Origin: a virus
Taxonomy: Duplodnaviria; Heunggongvirae; Uroviricota; Caudoviricetes
Direction: 5' to 3' (one strand)
DNA length: 40,444 bases
IMG/VR virus record: IMGVR_UViG_2579778961_000003
Positions 1 to 9,498 of this stretch are shown piece after piece (position 1 is the first letter of the stretch; each line of letters begins with the position of its first letter). The translations under genes and the position numbers were made by a program. The notes beneath the pieces are model-generated. The model was not told the DNA's origin, ran no database searches, and was given only the letters and a program-made list of their open reading frames with translations.

Positions 1-1284
1 ATGGAATCCCTAACGTTACAACCCATCGCTCGTGTCGATGGCACTATTAATCTGCCCGGTTCCAAGAGCGTTTCTAACCGCGCTTTATTGCTGGCGGCAT
101 TAGCACACGGCAAAACAGTATTAACCAATCTGCTGGATAGCGATGACGTGCGCCATATGCTGAATGCATTAACAGCGTTAGGGGTAAGCTATACGCTTTC
201 AGCCGATCGTACGCGTTGCGAAATTATCGGTAACGGTGGTCCATTACACGCAGAAAGTGCCCGGGAGTTGTTCCTCGGTAACGCCGGAACGGCAATGCGT
301 CCGCTGGCGGCAGCACTTTGCCTGGGTAGCAATGATATTGTACTGAGCGGTGAACCGCGAATGAAAGAACGCCCGATTGGTCATCTGGTGGATGCGCTGC
401 GCCAGGGCGGGGCGAAGATCACTTACCTGGAACAAGAAAATTATCCGCCATTGCGTTTACAGGGCGGCTTTACTGGCGGCAACGTTGATGTTGATGGCTC
501 CGTTTCCAGCCAGTTCCTCACCGCACTGTTAATGACTGCGCCTCTTGCGCCGGAAGATACGGTGATTCGTATTAAAGGCGATCTGGTTTCTAAACCTTAT
601 ATCGATATCACCCTCAATCTGATGAAGACGTTTGGTGTTGAAATTGAAAATCAGCACTATCAACAATTTGTCGTAAAAGGGGGGCAGTCTTACCAGTCTC
701 CGGGCACTTATTTGGTTGAAGGCGATGCATCTTCGGCTTCTTATTTCCTGGCAGCAGCAGCAATCAGAGGCGGCACTGTAAAAGTGACCGGCATTGGACG
801 CAACAGTATGCAGGGTGATATTCGCTTTGCTGATGTTCTGGAAAAAATGGGCGCGACCATTTGCTGGGGCGATGATTATATTTCCTGCACGCGTGGTGAA
901 CTGAACGCCATTGATATGGATATGAACCATATTCCCGATGCGGCGATGACCATTGCCACCGCGGCGTTATTTGCAAAAGGCACCACCACGCTGCGCAATA
1001 TCTATAACTGGCGTGTTAAAGAGACCGATCGCCTGTTTGCGATGGCAACAGAACTGCGTAAAGTCGGTGCGGAAGTCGAAGAGGGGCATGATTTCATTCG
1101 CATTACGCCACCGGAAAAACTGAAATTTGCTGAGATCGCCACTTATAATGATCACCGGATGGCGATGTGTTTCTCGCTGGTCGCATTATCAGATACGCCT
1201 GTGACGATTCTTGATCCAAAATGTACCGCTAAAACTTTTCCAGACTATTTCGAGCAATTGGCGCGGATAAGTCAACCCGGCTGA
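1..1284 (+). CDS. aroA: 3-phosphoshikimate 1-carboxyvinyltransferase (EPSP synthase), host gene
   Basis: Full-length 427 aa ORF; sequence ([34 protein letters not shown]...) recognised as enterobacterial AroA, very close to E. coli AroA with a few substitutions. Confidence 0.97.
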   Translation: MESLTLQPIARVDGTINLPGSKSVSNRALLLAALAHGKTVLTNLLDSDDVRHMLNALTALGVSYTLSADRTRCEIIGNGGPLHAESARELFLGNAGTAMRPLAAALCLGSNDIVLSGEPRMKERPIGHLVDALRQGGAKITYLEQENYPPLRLQGGFTGGNVDVDGSVSSQFLTALLMTAPLAPEDTVIRIKGDLVSKPYIDITLNLMKTFGVEIENQHYQQFVVKGGQSYQSPGTYLVEGDASSASYFLAAAAIRGGTVKVTGIGRNSMQGDIRFADVLEKMGATICWGDDYISCTRGELNAIDMDMNHIPDAAMTIATAALFAKGTTTLRNIYNWRVKETDRLFAMATELRKVGAEVEEGHDFIRITPPEKLKFAEIATYNDHRMAMCFSLVALSDTPVTILDPKCTAKTFPDYFEQLARISQPG

Positions 1285-1328
1285 ATGAATAACGGGCGAT
1301 AACATAGACAATCCTTTCTTTTCAAAGA

Positions 1329-1355
1329 CGTCGGCACATTGCCGGCGTTTTTTTT
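1329..1355 (+). terminator. Rho-independent terminator of aroA
   Basis: GC hairpin cgtcggca-cat-tgccggcg followed by a T8 tract, about 45 nt after the aroA stop. Confidence 0.6.
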
Positions 1356-1454
1356 CGGACCTTGTGGGGTATTTTTATTAATGGTAGCGTTAATTATCAA
1401 TGTAACTTGTTGATACATAATGTTTATATATAATTAATCAACGGATGATTCACA

Positions 1455-1540
1455 TGAAGAATGATGCGCCGCGCGATAAATGCACTCTATCTTGTGCGAT
1501 AAATGGCATCCACGCGGCGTTTCATTATTTGAAAAAGAAT
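1455..1540. other. Mu-type prophage end (attR-like) with repeated putative transposase-binding sites
   Basis: Begins 5'-TGAAG; CGATAAATGC/CGATAAATGG repeated at 1474-1483 and 1497-1506 and GTTTCATT...GAAAAAG at 1518-1537, resembling the Mu right end as I recall it (TGAAGCGGCGCACGAAAAACGCGAAAGCGTTTCACGATAAATGC). Confidence 0.55.
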
Positions 1541-2112
1541 TACATTTCAGGTTGCGTTATGACAGTCCCAACAGGGTGATAGCGGTAGATCGTTGACAGT
1601 CCAATATCATAGATAATTGCCAGCCGCTTTCTGTCATACCCTTTCTGGAGCAATCTTGCGATCTGCTCATGCTGCTCCTTCGTCAGTTTCGGGCGACGTC
1701 CTCCAACTCTTCCTTGTGCTCGCGCAGCAGCCAGTCCAGCCAGCGTGCGCTCAACTATCAGTTCACGCTCCATTTCTGCCAGTGCACCCATCATATGAAA
1801 AAAGAACCTTCCCATCGGAGTGCTGGTATCGATTGAATCCGTCAGACTGCGAAAATTGACACCTTTTGCGCGTAGCTCTTCTGTGAGAGCAATGAGGTGT
1901 TTCATTCTTCTACCCAACCGATCCAGCTTCCAGACCACCAATGTATCCCCTCTTTTAAGGCACTTTAAAGCGCGTTTCAGGCCTGGTCGTTCCGACTTGG
2001 TTCCGCTCATTTTGTCCTCAAAAATCTGTTCACATCCTGCGCACATTAATGCATTGCGTTGCAAATCTGTGTTTTGGTCATTTGTTGACACACGTATGTA
2101 GCCAATCAGCAT
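1540..2112 (-). CDS. gin: Serine recombinase, DNA invertase (Gin/Pin/Cin/Hin family)
   Basis: N-terminus MLIGYIRVSTNDQ (catalytic Ser motif) and C-terminal HTH; start placed at the internal ATG 2112 with AAGGGAG RBS rather than the ORF-track start at 2241. Confidence 0.85.
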   Translation of the reverse strand: MLIGYIRVSTNDQNTDLQRNALMCAGCEQIFEDKMSGTKSERPGLKRALKCLKRGDTLVVWKLDRLGRRMKHLIALTEELRAKGVNFRSLTDSIDTSTPMGRFFFHMMGALAEMERELIVERTLAGLAAARAQGRVGGRRPKLTKEQHEQIARLLQKGYDRKRLAIIYDIGLSTIYRYHPVGTVITQPEM

Positions 2113-2166
2113 TAAAAATACTCCCTTTTGAGTGGTTAAAGTACTGAGATAATGTGGGGAGGATTT

Positions 2167-2192
2167 GAGAGATAAACGTTGGTTTGGGGGAA
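2167..2192. other. Invertase crossover site (gix/hix-like), left
   Basis: 26-bp site GAGAGATAAACG TT GGTTTGGGGGAA with AAAC-NN-GTTT centre typical of hix/gix sites; outer half is identical to the right site in inverted orientation. Confidence 0.55.
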
Positions 2193-2645
2193 GGCTCTGC
2201 ATTGCCTGTTGGTGTACCGGTTCCATGGCCCACCGCCACACCGCCAGCAGGCTGGTTACAGTGCAACGGAGCTACGTTCACCAAAGAACAATATCCTGTT
2301 CTGGTCAGAGTCTACCCGACCCTCCGTCTTCCCGATTTGCGCGGTGAGTTTATCCGTGGATGGGACGGTGGTCGCAAGGTTGATACCGGGCGTGCGCTAC
2401 TTTCATTTCAGGAAGGGACTATCGTATCCGGTTTTGATGATAATGATACCGGAGATATCAGTTCGCTCGGCTCTACACAATACGGATTTGGTGACGCTTT
2501 AACCTCTAATCAACTGGGGGTCTTAAATGGCAAAAAGTGGATATTTGATGCATCCTCTAAAGGTGCACAAAGATATGACTGGTGGGCTTATGTATCAGCT
2601 CGCCCCCGCAATATCGCATTTAACTATATCGTGAGGGCGGCGTGA
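2184..2645 (+). CDS. Alternative tail-fibre C-terminal cassette (Sv'-like), promoterless until inversion
   Basis: First 70 aa nearly identical to residues 278-346 of the fibre at 3266..4603 (GEGSALPVGVPVPWPTATPPAGWL...), then a divergent C-terminus ending NYIVRAA. Confidence 0.7.
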   Translation: MGEGSALPVGVPVPWPTATPPAGWLQCNGATFTKEQYPVLVRVYPTLRLPDLRGEFIRGWDGGRKVDTGRALLSFQEGTIVSGFDDNDTGDISSLGSTQYGFGDALTSNQLGVLNGKKWIFDASSKGAQRYDWWAYVSARPRNIAFNYIVRAA

Positions 2646-2651
2646 TACCGT

Positions 2652-3266
2652 TCAGCCGGCAAGCGCCAGTGGCGCTTCCGGCCAGCTGATTTCAGGTGCC
2701 TTGCTGATATCCAGTGCGTTCAGCTCGTCGATATAATCCAGCACGGCGTTCAGTTTTGCCGTTTCTTCTGGTTTCAGACTGCGACCAGCACGCAGTTTGA
2801 GGTTGATAAGATCGACGGACGCCATCGCCTGTTTCACCCGTTGCTGGCGTTGCTGTCTGGCAACCTCCAGTTCTGCGGCTCGCTGCCGTTCAGTATCGGT
2901 TACCCACGCCTCACCGTTCCAGGTATCCCATGGCGTGGCTGGCTGTTTTGTGGTGGTGTCCGCCGGGTAATCACCCGGTTGGGTAATCAGAACGGGGTTA
3001 CCGTTCTCCGTGCTGTATACCGTCTCGCCGCGGTGATCAGGCACATGCTCCCACCCGTTCAGCGTGGCAGTCCGGCAAACCACGTAACCCGAAATTGCTT
3101 CCGGCGGTGCATCGGCGCACGAATGTGCCGGAGTACCCACCCCAAGGGCGAGATACTCCACAGAGGATGAGGTGTATTCCCGGGTTTCCTCGTCATAGTG
3201 ATATACAGTGATATCGCCCGCTACAGTGGCGATACCGTTTTCATCCAGAACTGCAGTGTTACTCAT
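2652..3266 (-). CDS. Tail fibre assembly protein (chaperone, Mu U / P2 G-like)
   Basis: 204 aa ORF immediately downstream of the fibre gene, inside the invertible segment; position and size typical of tail fibre assembly proteins. Confidence 0.75.
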   Translation of the reverse strand: MSNTAVLDENGIATVAGDITVYHYDEETREYTSSSVEYLALGVGTPAHSCADAPPEAISGYVVCRTATLNGWEHVPDHRGETVYSTENGNPVLITQPGDYPADTTTKQPATPWDTWNGEAWVTDTERQRAAELEVARQQRQQRVKQAMASVDLINLKLRAGRSLKPEETAKLNAVLDYIDELNALDISKAPEISWPEAPLALAG

Positions 3267-4603
3267 TAAACTGCCCTCACAATGTAATTAAGTGCAATGC
3301 TACGGGGTCTGACAGTGATACCCTTCGCATACCCGCTTCTGATAGAGGTCAGAATAGTAGCCTGCATACCATTGTCTGACATTGCCACGACAGGATCGCT
3401 GAATGTTGTCCCGTCCGGCATTTTAAAGCTGCCCTCACGAAGGTCTGTAATGGAATCTTCATTGTTGAATCCCATGCCGACTATCCCCGAGGTTCCCGTA
3501 GTGTCCTGGTTATAATAATCCAGCATTGCTGTTCTTAACAGCGTTGCCCCTTGTGCGGACAGCAACTTACGTCCTGTATCAACTTTGCGCCCGTCGTCCC
3601 ATCCACGGATAAACTCACCGCGTAAATCGGGAAGACGGAGGGTCGGGTAGACTCTGGCCAGAACAGGATATTGTTCTTTTGTAAAGGCGCGCCCGTCGCA
3701 CTTTAACCAGCCTGCTGGCGGTGTGGCAGTGGGCCACGGAACAGGTACACCAACGGGCAGCGCCGAGCCTTCCCCCAAACCAAGGTAATTGAGGACATCT
3801 TTTATACTGCCCTTAGCGATAATAGCGCGACCAATAGCTGTAAGGGTTGCCAGCTCTGCGCGGTCTGCTCCGGTAAAATAAGGCAACCGATCTGCTGCAG
3901 TGGCAAGTCCTGCCAGAGCAGTGAGCGTGGCATCTGCCGGTTGTTTTCCGTTTGCCAGATCGTATGCAGCCTTGACCGCTTTCGGTGTGGCGGCCAGTAT
4001 TTCAGACGTGCTGTTGATGGCACTGCTCAATTGTACGGTGCCTTTTGCCGTCAGCGAGGCAGCAGGCACTCCCGTTATCTGACTCCACGGGTGAGTGTGG
4101 CTGACGGGCGCCTTGCCGGCTGCAAGGTCGTATGCAGCCTTGACCGCCTTCGGCGTGGCAGCCTCAGTTTCTGATTGACTGTCCGTGGCGCTGCTCAGTT
4201 GTACGGTGCCTTTTGCCGTCAGTGAAGCCGCAGGCACTCCCGTTATCTGACTCCACGGGTGAGTGTGGCTGGCAGGCGCCTTGCCGGCTGCCAGGTCGTA
4301 TGCAGCCTTGACCGCTTTTGGTGTGGCGGCCAGCGTTTCAGAGGTGCTGTTGGTGGCACTGCTCAGTTGGGTGAACCCCTTAGCTGTCAGTGTCGCGTCC
4401 GGGTGGTTACGGGAACGTACGTGTTCAGCCAGTGACTGTGCGGCTTCCTCCGTTTTCTTCTTCAGCCATTTCGTCCTGTTTGCCAGTTGCCGGGGGGCTC
4501 GATTTGATATCCCGTCTGCACCACCCAGAACCGGATCTGATGTCTCCAGTTGATAGATATTTTCTTCCCACTTTTCTGTTTCATTCAGGTTTCCCATAAT
4601 CAA
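3266..4603 (-). CDS. Tail fibre protein (Mu S / P2 H-like) with variable C-terminus
   Basis: 445 aa; internal 56-aa repeats with the ...SETLAATPKAVKAAYDL... motif known from Mu/P1/P2 fibres; C-terminus ends NYIVRAV. Confidence 0.85.
   Translation of the reverse strand: MIMGNLNETEKWEENIYQLETSDPVLGGADGISNRAPRQLANRTKWLKKKTEEAAQSLAEHVRSRNHPDATLTAKGFTQLSSATNSTSETLAATPKAVKAAYDLAAGKAPASHTHPWSQITGVPAASLTAKGTVQLSSATDSQSETEAATPKAVKAAYDLAAGKAPVSHTHPWSQITGVPAASLTAKGTVQLSSAINSTSEILAATPKAVKAAYDLANGKQPADATLTALAGLATAADRLPYFTGADRAELATLTAIGRAIIAKGSIKDVLNYLGLGEGSALPVGVPVPWPTATPPAGWLKCDGRAFTKEQYPVLARVYPTLRLPDLRGEFIRGWDDGRKVDTGRKLLSAQGATLLRTAMLDYYNQDTTGTSGIVGMGFNNEDSITDLREGSFKMPDGTTFSDPVVAMSDNGMQATILTSIRSGYAKGITVRPRSIALNYIVRAV
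3770..3795. other. Invertase crossover site (gix/hix-like), right
   Basis: TTCCCCCAAACC AA GGTAATTGAGGA, about 19/26 matches to hix as recalled; inverted relative to the site at 2167-2192. Confidence 0.55.
3944..4393 (-). repeat. In-frame 168-bp tandem repeats (about 2.7 copies) inside the tail fibre gene
   Basis: Protein repeat SLTAKGTVQLSSA...TPKAVKAAYDLAAGKAP.SHTHPWSQITGVPAA at residues 71-126 and 127-182, partial third copy 183-220. Confidence 0.8.
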
Positions 4604-5178
4604 CTGCTCCCGTGGTTATAACTGCCATCATGGATGGCGGTATTGTTATAGCGAATGGCCACAGACTGATACTCCAGGCTGGCCAGATGGCAGCGGGCCG
4701 GTGCAAATGCAGCCAGCGTCTGACGCAGCATCGCGGCCTGATCGTTAGTAATGGGCTGTTTCAGAATAACGCGATAAACTGCCCAGGCGGCTGCATCTCC
4801 ATGAACAAACAGTCCGTTATAGCTGCGATTGCCGTCGTAACTGAGACGACCTGTGCCTTCAATCAGATCCACTTCACCAAAGCCAAAACGGCGGATAACT
4901 TCCCGGATTGACCACGGCGTCCCTTTATACCGGTGCAGTTCGATGGCTGCTTTTATAAGCATGCGGCGAACATCGTCCGATTCCGCCAGCTCCCAGCCAT
5001 CGCCAGACAGTGAGAACTGCTCGCCCAGCCATGGCAGCGCGGAACTGTCGACGATATCGACGAGAAAGACCATCAGTACGCTCAGGTCGATGTTATCCAG
5101 CCGTCCTGCCAGTCTTCCCAGCGTCCTGAGACTGATATCACCCTCAAGCGGTGGCGGGAGTTGTAATGGCTCAGTCAT
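4600..5178 (-). CDS. Baseplate/tail protein (P2 gpI-like)
   Basis: 192 aa; position between J-like gene and fibre gene as in P2-type baseplate modules. Confidence 0.65.
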   Translation of the reverse strand: MTEPLQLPPPLEGDISLRTLGRLAGRLDNIDLSVLMVFLVDIVDSSALPWLGEQFSLSGDGWELAESDDVRRMLIKAAIELHRYKGTPWSIREVIRRFGFGEVDLIEGTGRLSYDGNRSYNGLFVHGDAAAWAVYRVILKQPITNDQAAMLRQTLAAFAPARCHLASLEYQSVAIRYNNTAIHDGSYNHGSS

Positions 5179-6274
5179 CAGACACTCCAGTCATGTTAAG
5201 AGTGATTGCCGTACAGTTTGCCCATTCGTTTTCTGCCACCACCCGCAGTGCCGGTGTCACCAGTTCAACCTGGTACACCCCGGAAACGGACAATGCACTG
5301 ATAATCTGGCTGGGGACAATATCGCGCCCCAGCGTGGCGGCACGTGATGCCACCCAGTTCTGTATGGCGCTGTTAGCGGCATCTTTTACAGACCTGGCAT
5401 CCTGATCACGATAGATCGTAATCCTGGCTTCAATGGTGTAATCCACCTTCACTGGTGTTTTAGCCCGCACTGTATCAGTGAGTGGCCTGACTTTCTCATC
5501 AGAGCAGAAACTCTCTACCAGCGTGAGAACACCGCCGTCCGGCAGACCGGTACTGAGCAGCGGATACAGATCTACGGTCCCGGGAACCGGGGAAAGCACA
5601 GCAACATCGACAATGTTGGGATGGGCCTGCATGGCATGAAAGCGGTATGCGCCACGGCTTCCGGCATTGGTGAATGACTCCGGGGCCAGCCTGATACGCT
5701 CCCGGAGCCTGTCATCGTCTTCCTGTTCTGAACCGCCGGAACTGGCCATCAGATTGCTCACCAGCAGGTTAACGTTATCAATCTCATCGAGTAACTGACT
5801 GACCTGCGCAGGTTGCCAGCCGTTACCAGCGGTACCGGGTTCGGTACAGGTGGCCGTGACATTGACCAGCAGCAATCCGGCCTTCAGTACCACATCTGTA
5901 TCGGTGGCAAAAATAACGCTGTCGGAAGCGCTGACGCGGGTGCCTGCCGGGATCAGCACATCAATGGCCAGTGCCTCATCTACGGAGAACTGGAGCGTGG
6001 TGGTGGCAGGCTGCGCGGCAAGACGGTATACACCGACCAGTTCACCGAGGTAATCAATCATCGGCTCACGGGCAAAGGCGACCAGATTCTGCTTTGCTGC
6101 CTCCTGTACCGCAACCCTGACCAGCATTTCGCGATAGGCCCACAGATCAATCAGCAGACGTTCTGCCTGTGCCGGGTACAGCGTTTTGCCGGTATCCGCT
6201 TCATACTTCGCAATCATTTCTGCCGTGATTTTGTCGGCATCGCGTTCAATAAAATCGGGTTCTGTCAGCGCCAT
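5171..6274 (-). CDS. Baseplate protein J-like
   Basis: 367 aa; order W-J-I-fibre matches the P2-type baseplate module. Confidence 0.75.
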   Translation of the reverse strand: MALTEPDFIERDADKITAEMIAKYEADTGKTLYPAQAERLLIDLWAYREMLVRVAVQEAAKQNLVAFAREPMIDYLGELVGVYRLAAQPATTTLQFSVDEALAIDVLIPAGTRVSASDSVIFATDTDVVLKAGLLLVNVTATCTEPGTAGNGWQPAQVSQLLDEIDNVNLLVSNLMASSGGSEQEDDDRLRERIRLAPESFTNAGSRGAYRFHAMQAHPNIVDVAVLSPVPGTVDLYPLLSTGLPDGGVLTLVESFCSDEKVRPLTDTVRAKTPVKVDYTIEARITIYRDQDARSVKDAANSAIQNWVASRAATLGRDIVPSQIISALSVSGVYQVELVTPALRVVAENEWANCTAITLNMTGVSDD

Positions 6275-6612
6275 AGCAGCTCCTGAGTCCGGGTCTGTCC
6301 GTCTGAGCCTTTCCAGCTCACCCGGAGCGTAAGATGTTCGCCGTCGACGGCGGGTTTAACTGACATAAGCTGGCAGCGGGGCTCCCAGCGCCGGATGGCA
6401 TCGACGGATTCGCGCACCACATGCGGAATGGCCCGGTCTACAGGCCAGTCGATATAAAGATGCAGATTGCTGCCGAACTCCGGGCGATGCGGGTCGCTGC
6501 CGCGGGGAGTCCGCAGGATAATTTGAATCGCCTGCCGGATATCATCCAGCCCCCGGACAATTTCGCCGGGAGCCTGCAGGGCTGGTTGCCAGAATACTGA
6601 GGTTGTTTTCAT
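6265..6612 (-). CDS. Baseplate protein W-like (GPW/gp25 family)
   Basis: 115 aa small baseplate protein directly upstream of the J-like gene. Confidence 0.7.
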   Translation of the reverse strand: MKTTSVFWQPALQAPGEIVRGLDDIRQAIQIILRTPRGSDPHRPEFGSNLHLYIDWPVDRAIPHVVRESVDAIRRWEPRCQLMSVKPAVDGEHLTLRVSWKGSDGQTRTQELLWR

Positions 6613-6666
6613 GGGGGCAGTATTGCCCCCGTGCGGGAACGCTGATATTAAAGGCGTTTAAAAAGC

Positions 6667-7263
6667 TCAGTGGGAGTGGTGGCTGGAGTTTTCGCCATCA
6701 GACAACATACTGCCCGTGGCATGGACATTCCCTTTAATCTCGATATTGCCATGGATGGTCGCGGTAACACCTTCACCACCAGAACCCGCCATGCCTCCTT
6801 CGTAAATCAGCTTACCCCTGACACGCAGATCTCCGGTAAGTTCGGTTTCCGGTGCGTCAATCGTGGCTTTCTGTGTTTTCAATACCACATCAGCACCACA
6901 CTCAATGACAATATGCTCAATGCCGCCCCGGATGATCAGAGTGTGCGTCTTCCGGTTGTAGCTGTACTCTGCACCATCAGCAAACCGGGTTCCCCGGATA
7001 TTTTTGTCACTGAACGGTGGTTTATCGACGTCTGAATACACCGCGCCCAGAATAACACCATCCTCGCCGTTGGCATCGAGCAGCACCTCAACCTGCTCCC
7101 CCACGTCAGGGAGCCAGTAATCTTTGTTATCCTGGGTATTGCGCTGCAGCACGTTAAGCCAGTTTGTGCGCAGGTTATCGCATTCAGGCAGACGAACGCG
7201 GGCCTGAACCCTGTCGGCATCAACGGCACTGACCGTACCGACCTGACGAGTGACACCAGTCAT
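6667..7263 (-). CDS. Baseplate spike / assembly protein V-like
   Basis: 198 aa, N-terminal OB-like region and Gly-rich C-terminus; position between D-like and W-like genes. Confidence 0.7.
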   Translation of the reverse strand: MTGVTRQVGTVSAVDADRVQARVRLPECDNLRTNWLNVLQRNTQDNKDYWLPDVGEQVEVLLDANGEDGVILGAVYSDVDKPPFSDKNIRGTRFADGAEYSYNRKTHTLIIRGGIEHIVIECGADVVLKTQKATIDAPETELTGDLRVRGKLIYEGGMAGSGGEGVTATIHGNIEIKGNVHATGSMLSDGENSSHHSH

Positions 7264-8414
7264 TTTTTCTTCTCCTTAATCACCGTCGATGTACTGCCAT
7301 CCGGGTGATAAACCGTGAGTTTCTGAGTTTTTTGTTTTTTCCCTCTTGTGACTGGCCCCCGTGCCACTTCCAGCTCTGTGGTGTAGCCGCTGTTACGGTC
7401 AAACGCATGGCGGGCAGTGGTTATGAGCCATGGCCCGGATAACTGCCCAAAACTCACCAGTTCAATTTTGTTGCCTGCTGTCAGTTGAGGTGTTCCCGTC
7501 AGCGTCAGGGAGCCGTTCTGCTGGTATTCGTTATGTCTGGCCAGTGCTGAATCCGCTTTAATCCGGGCACTGTCCGGGTCGCTGACGCGGCTGTTAACTT
7601 TAAGTGAGTCAGCGCTGGTAACCTTACCACCTTTGAGCTTTTTGTCGCTTTCACGGGTACCACCATCAGCTTCGTAGACGATCAGTTTTTTACTGCTGCT
7701 TTTCTGGTGTTTTACCTTTGCAGATTTATAGACCCGGTTGATGGTGTCACGCAGGGAAAAGCGGGCCACATCCTGCGGTTTTAACTGCCTGACCGGCTCC
7801 TGACTGCGCAGTGTGGCCAGATGAGAAAAAATCAGCTGGTCACTGACCACTTTCACTGCATAACCATACTCGCTGGCCAGCCGGCGCAGAAAACCCACGT
7901 CGGTTTCAGCATACTGGGTCACCCGGTCGATTCTGATGGACTCAATGCTGCCCACCAGTTTCAGCCGGTGCTTTCTGGCAATCCGCCCCGCAACAGCTGC
8001 CAGCGTGGTGTTCTCAAAACCACGACTGGTTTTAGTCCGCAGGGCACTGTTAACCGAGGTGGCCACCCCACGGATAGAAACAACGGAAGCGGGCGAACTC
8101 ACTTCGATCTCGTCTATAGAGAACGTACCGCAGGACAGCAGCTTCTCGCCCTGATAGCCCATTTTCAGCGTCAGCGTGTCACCCTTGCCCGGATACCATT
8201 TATCCAGCCAGCGGCCATCGGTGTCGTCCAGCTCCACCTCAATGGTATCGGACTCATTTTTGATGTTATCGCTCCAGGTCACACGGGTGACATAAGGCGC
8301 GATATCAGAGGTGATGTTTTTCTGCAGATACCACAGAGTGAACACCGGTGTCAGCACATCGCTGACGCCGGTTAACGCTGATGTGACTTGCGCAGTGCTG
8401 TTTATCTCAGCCAT
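7260..8414 (-). CDS. Tail protein D-like (P2 gpD-like)
   Basis: 384 aa; position after X-like and U-like genes as in P2. Confidence 0.7.
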   Translation of the reverse strand: MAEINSTAQVTSALTGVSDVLTPVFTLWYLQKNITSDIAPYVTRVTWSDNIKNESDTIEVELDDTDGRWLDKWYPGKGDTLTLKMGYQGEKLLSCGTFSIDEIEVSSPASVVSIRGVATSVNSALRTKTSRGFENTTLAAVAGRIARKHRLKLVGSIESIRIDRVTQYAETDVGFLRRLASEYGYAVKVVSDQLIFSHLATLRSQEPVRQLKPQDVARFSLRDTINRVYKSAKVKHQKSSSKKLIVYEADGGTRESDKKLKGGKVTSADSLKVNSRVSDPDSARIKADSALARHNEYQQNGSLTLTGTPQLTAGNKIELVSFGQLSGPWLITTARHAFDRNSGYTTELEVARGPVTRGKKQKTQKLTVYHPDGSTSTVIKEKKK

Positions 8415-8617
8415 GGGGCAATATCCTCTTCTGTACGGGCTTCTTCAGCCTCAATCACCGGGATCAGTAACAACAGCCCGGAGGGCAGCACCGGCGTGAT
8501 GGCCACGTGCGGATTGGCGGCAATAATCCGGGGATAGCCCAGCGGGTCACCGTAGTACTGCCATGCCAGCGAATCCCAGCGCTCTCCGTCACGGGTAACA
8601 TGTTCAAGAAACATCAC
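8402..8617 (-). CDS. Tail protein X-like
   Basis: 71 aa ORF between U-like and D-like genes, size and position of P2 gpX. Confidence 0.55.
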   Translation of the reverse strand: MMFLEHVTRDGERWDSLAWQYYGDPLGYPRIIAANPHVAITPVLPSGLLLLIPVIEAEEARTEEDIAPWLR

Positions 8618-9498
8618 ACACTCCTCGTCAGTATTCTGGCGGCCATTGCACTTAATCCCGGAGACATGCGGTTGAATGCTGTGCCGACGGCGTTAAGCTG
8701 CCCGGAAACGGTATCCAGAGCACCTGCAATATTTCTTTTGTCCACACCACTCAGCGCAGACTGTGCCTGCTGTACATACGTGGCTGCTTCGCTGGCTGTT
8801 CTGGCCAGACTGATGGCATCGGGCATGGATTCAGAGAGTGCGTTAAACGCCGGAACACTTTTCCCCAGAGCCCCGGAGATATTACCCAGTCCGCTCATCA
8901 GCCCCGGCACACGGGTCAGTGCGACAACGGGGTTATCCTTCATTTTCTGTGTCACCCGAACGGCGCTGATAGTGGTCTGGAGTACAGACTGCGCCTGTTT
9001 CGCATAGTTGACGCCGTTGCGGATGAACTGCGCCACCCCTGAAGGTGAAGGTATGGCACCGGAGACCGCCCCGACACCCGGGAGCTTCGTGCGTATTGCC
9101 GGTGGTTGCAGAGGATTTTTCGGGTCACCGGTGTATTCCCGGAGAGACACGGTGGCACTGACAGCCAGCACGTTGCCGGTACTGTCAGTCTGCTCGCTGG
9201 TTGCAGTCACATCGGTGATCACGAACCAGCCGCGATAGTCACCGTTGCCGAAGACCAGCGCCAGTGCCTGATGGGCTTTCATGGCTGTTCGCAGTCTCGC
9301 CAGCTCCACATCGGGTACACAATAATGCTGATGGAAAACCAGAGTTATCTGGATTTCGTCCAGCCTGTCGCCGACGAACTGCAGACCAGGCTTACCCCCG
9401 ATGCGGGCATGCTCCGCATAATCGACGCCGAACGTGGCCTCGAAGCCGTCCCAGTAGGTAATCAGCTCAAACTCAATATCACCCAGTACGGCAAACAT
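8614..9498 (-). CDS. Tail protein U-like with C-terminal extension
   Basis: N-terminus MFAVLGDIEFEL...GGKPGLQFVGDRLDEIQITL follows the P2 gpU pattern as recalled; immediately downstream of the tape measure gene. Confidence 0.6.
   Translation of the reverse strand: MFAVLGDIEFELITYWDGFEATFGVDYAEHARIGGKPGLQFVGDRLDEIQITLVFHQHYCVPDVELARLRTAMKAHQALALVFGNGDYRGWFVITDVTATSEQTDSTGNVLAVSATVSLREYTGDPKNPLQPPAIRTKLPGVGAVSGAIPSPSGVAQFIRNGVNYAKQAQSVLQTTISAVRVTQKMKDNPVVALTRVPGLMSGLGNISGALGKSVPAFNALSESMPDAISLARTASEAATYVQQAQSALSGVDKRNIAGALDTVSGQLNAVGTAFNRMSPGLSAMAARILTRSV

Noticed and set aside
2113-2241. N-terminal extension of the invertase ORF to the first in-frame ATG at 2241
   Set aside because: The conserved serine recombinase N-terminus (MLIGYIRVST) begins at ATG 2112 with a good RBS; the extension would overlap the crossover site region.
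3900-4553. Plus-strand ORFs with repeated motifs (3900..4082, 3941..4174, 4263..4553)
   Set aside because: Antisense to the tail fibre gene repeats; the minus-strand frame encodes the recognisable fibre motif.
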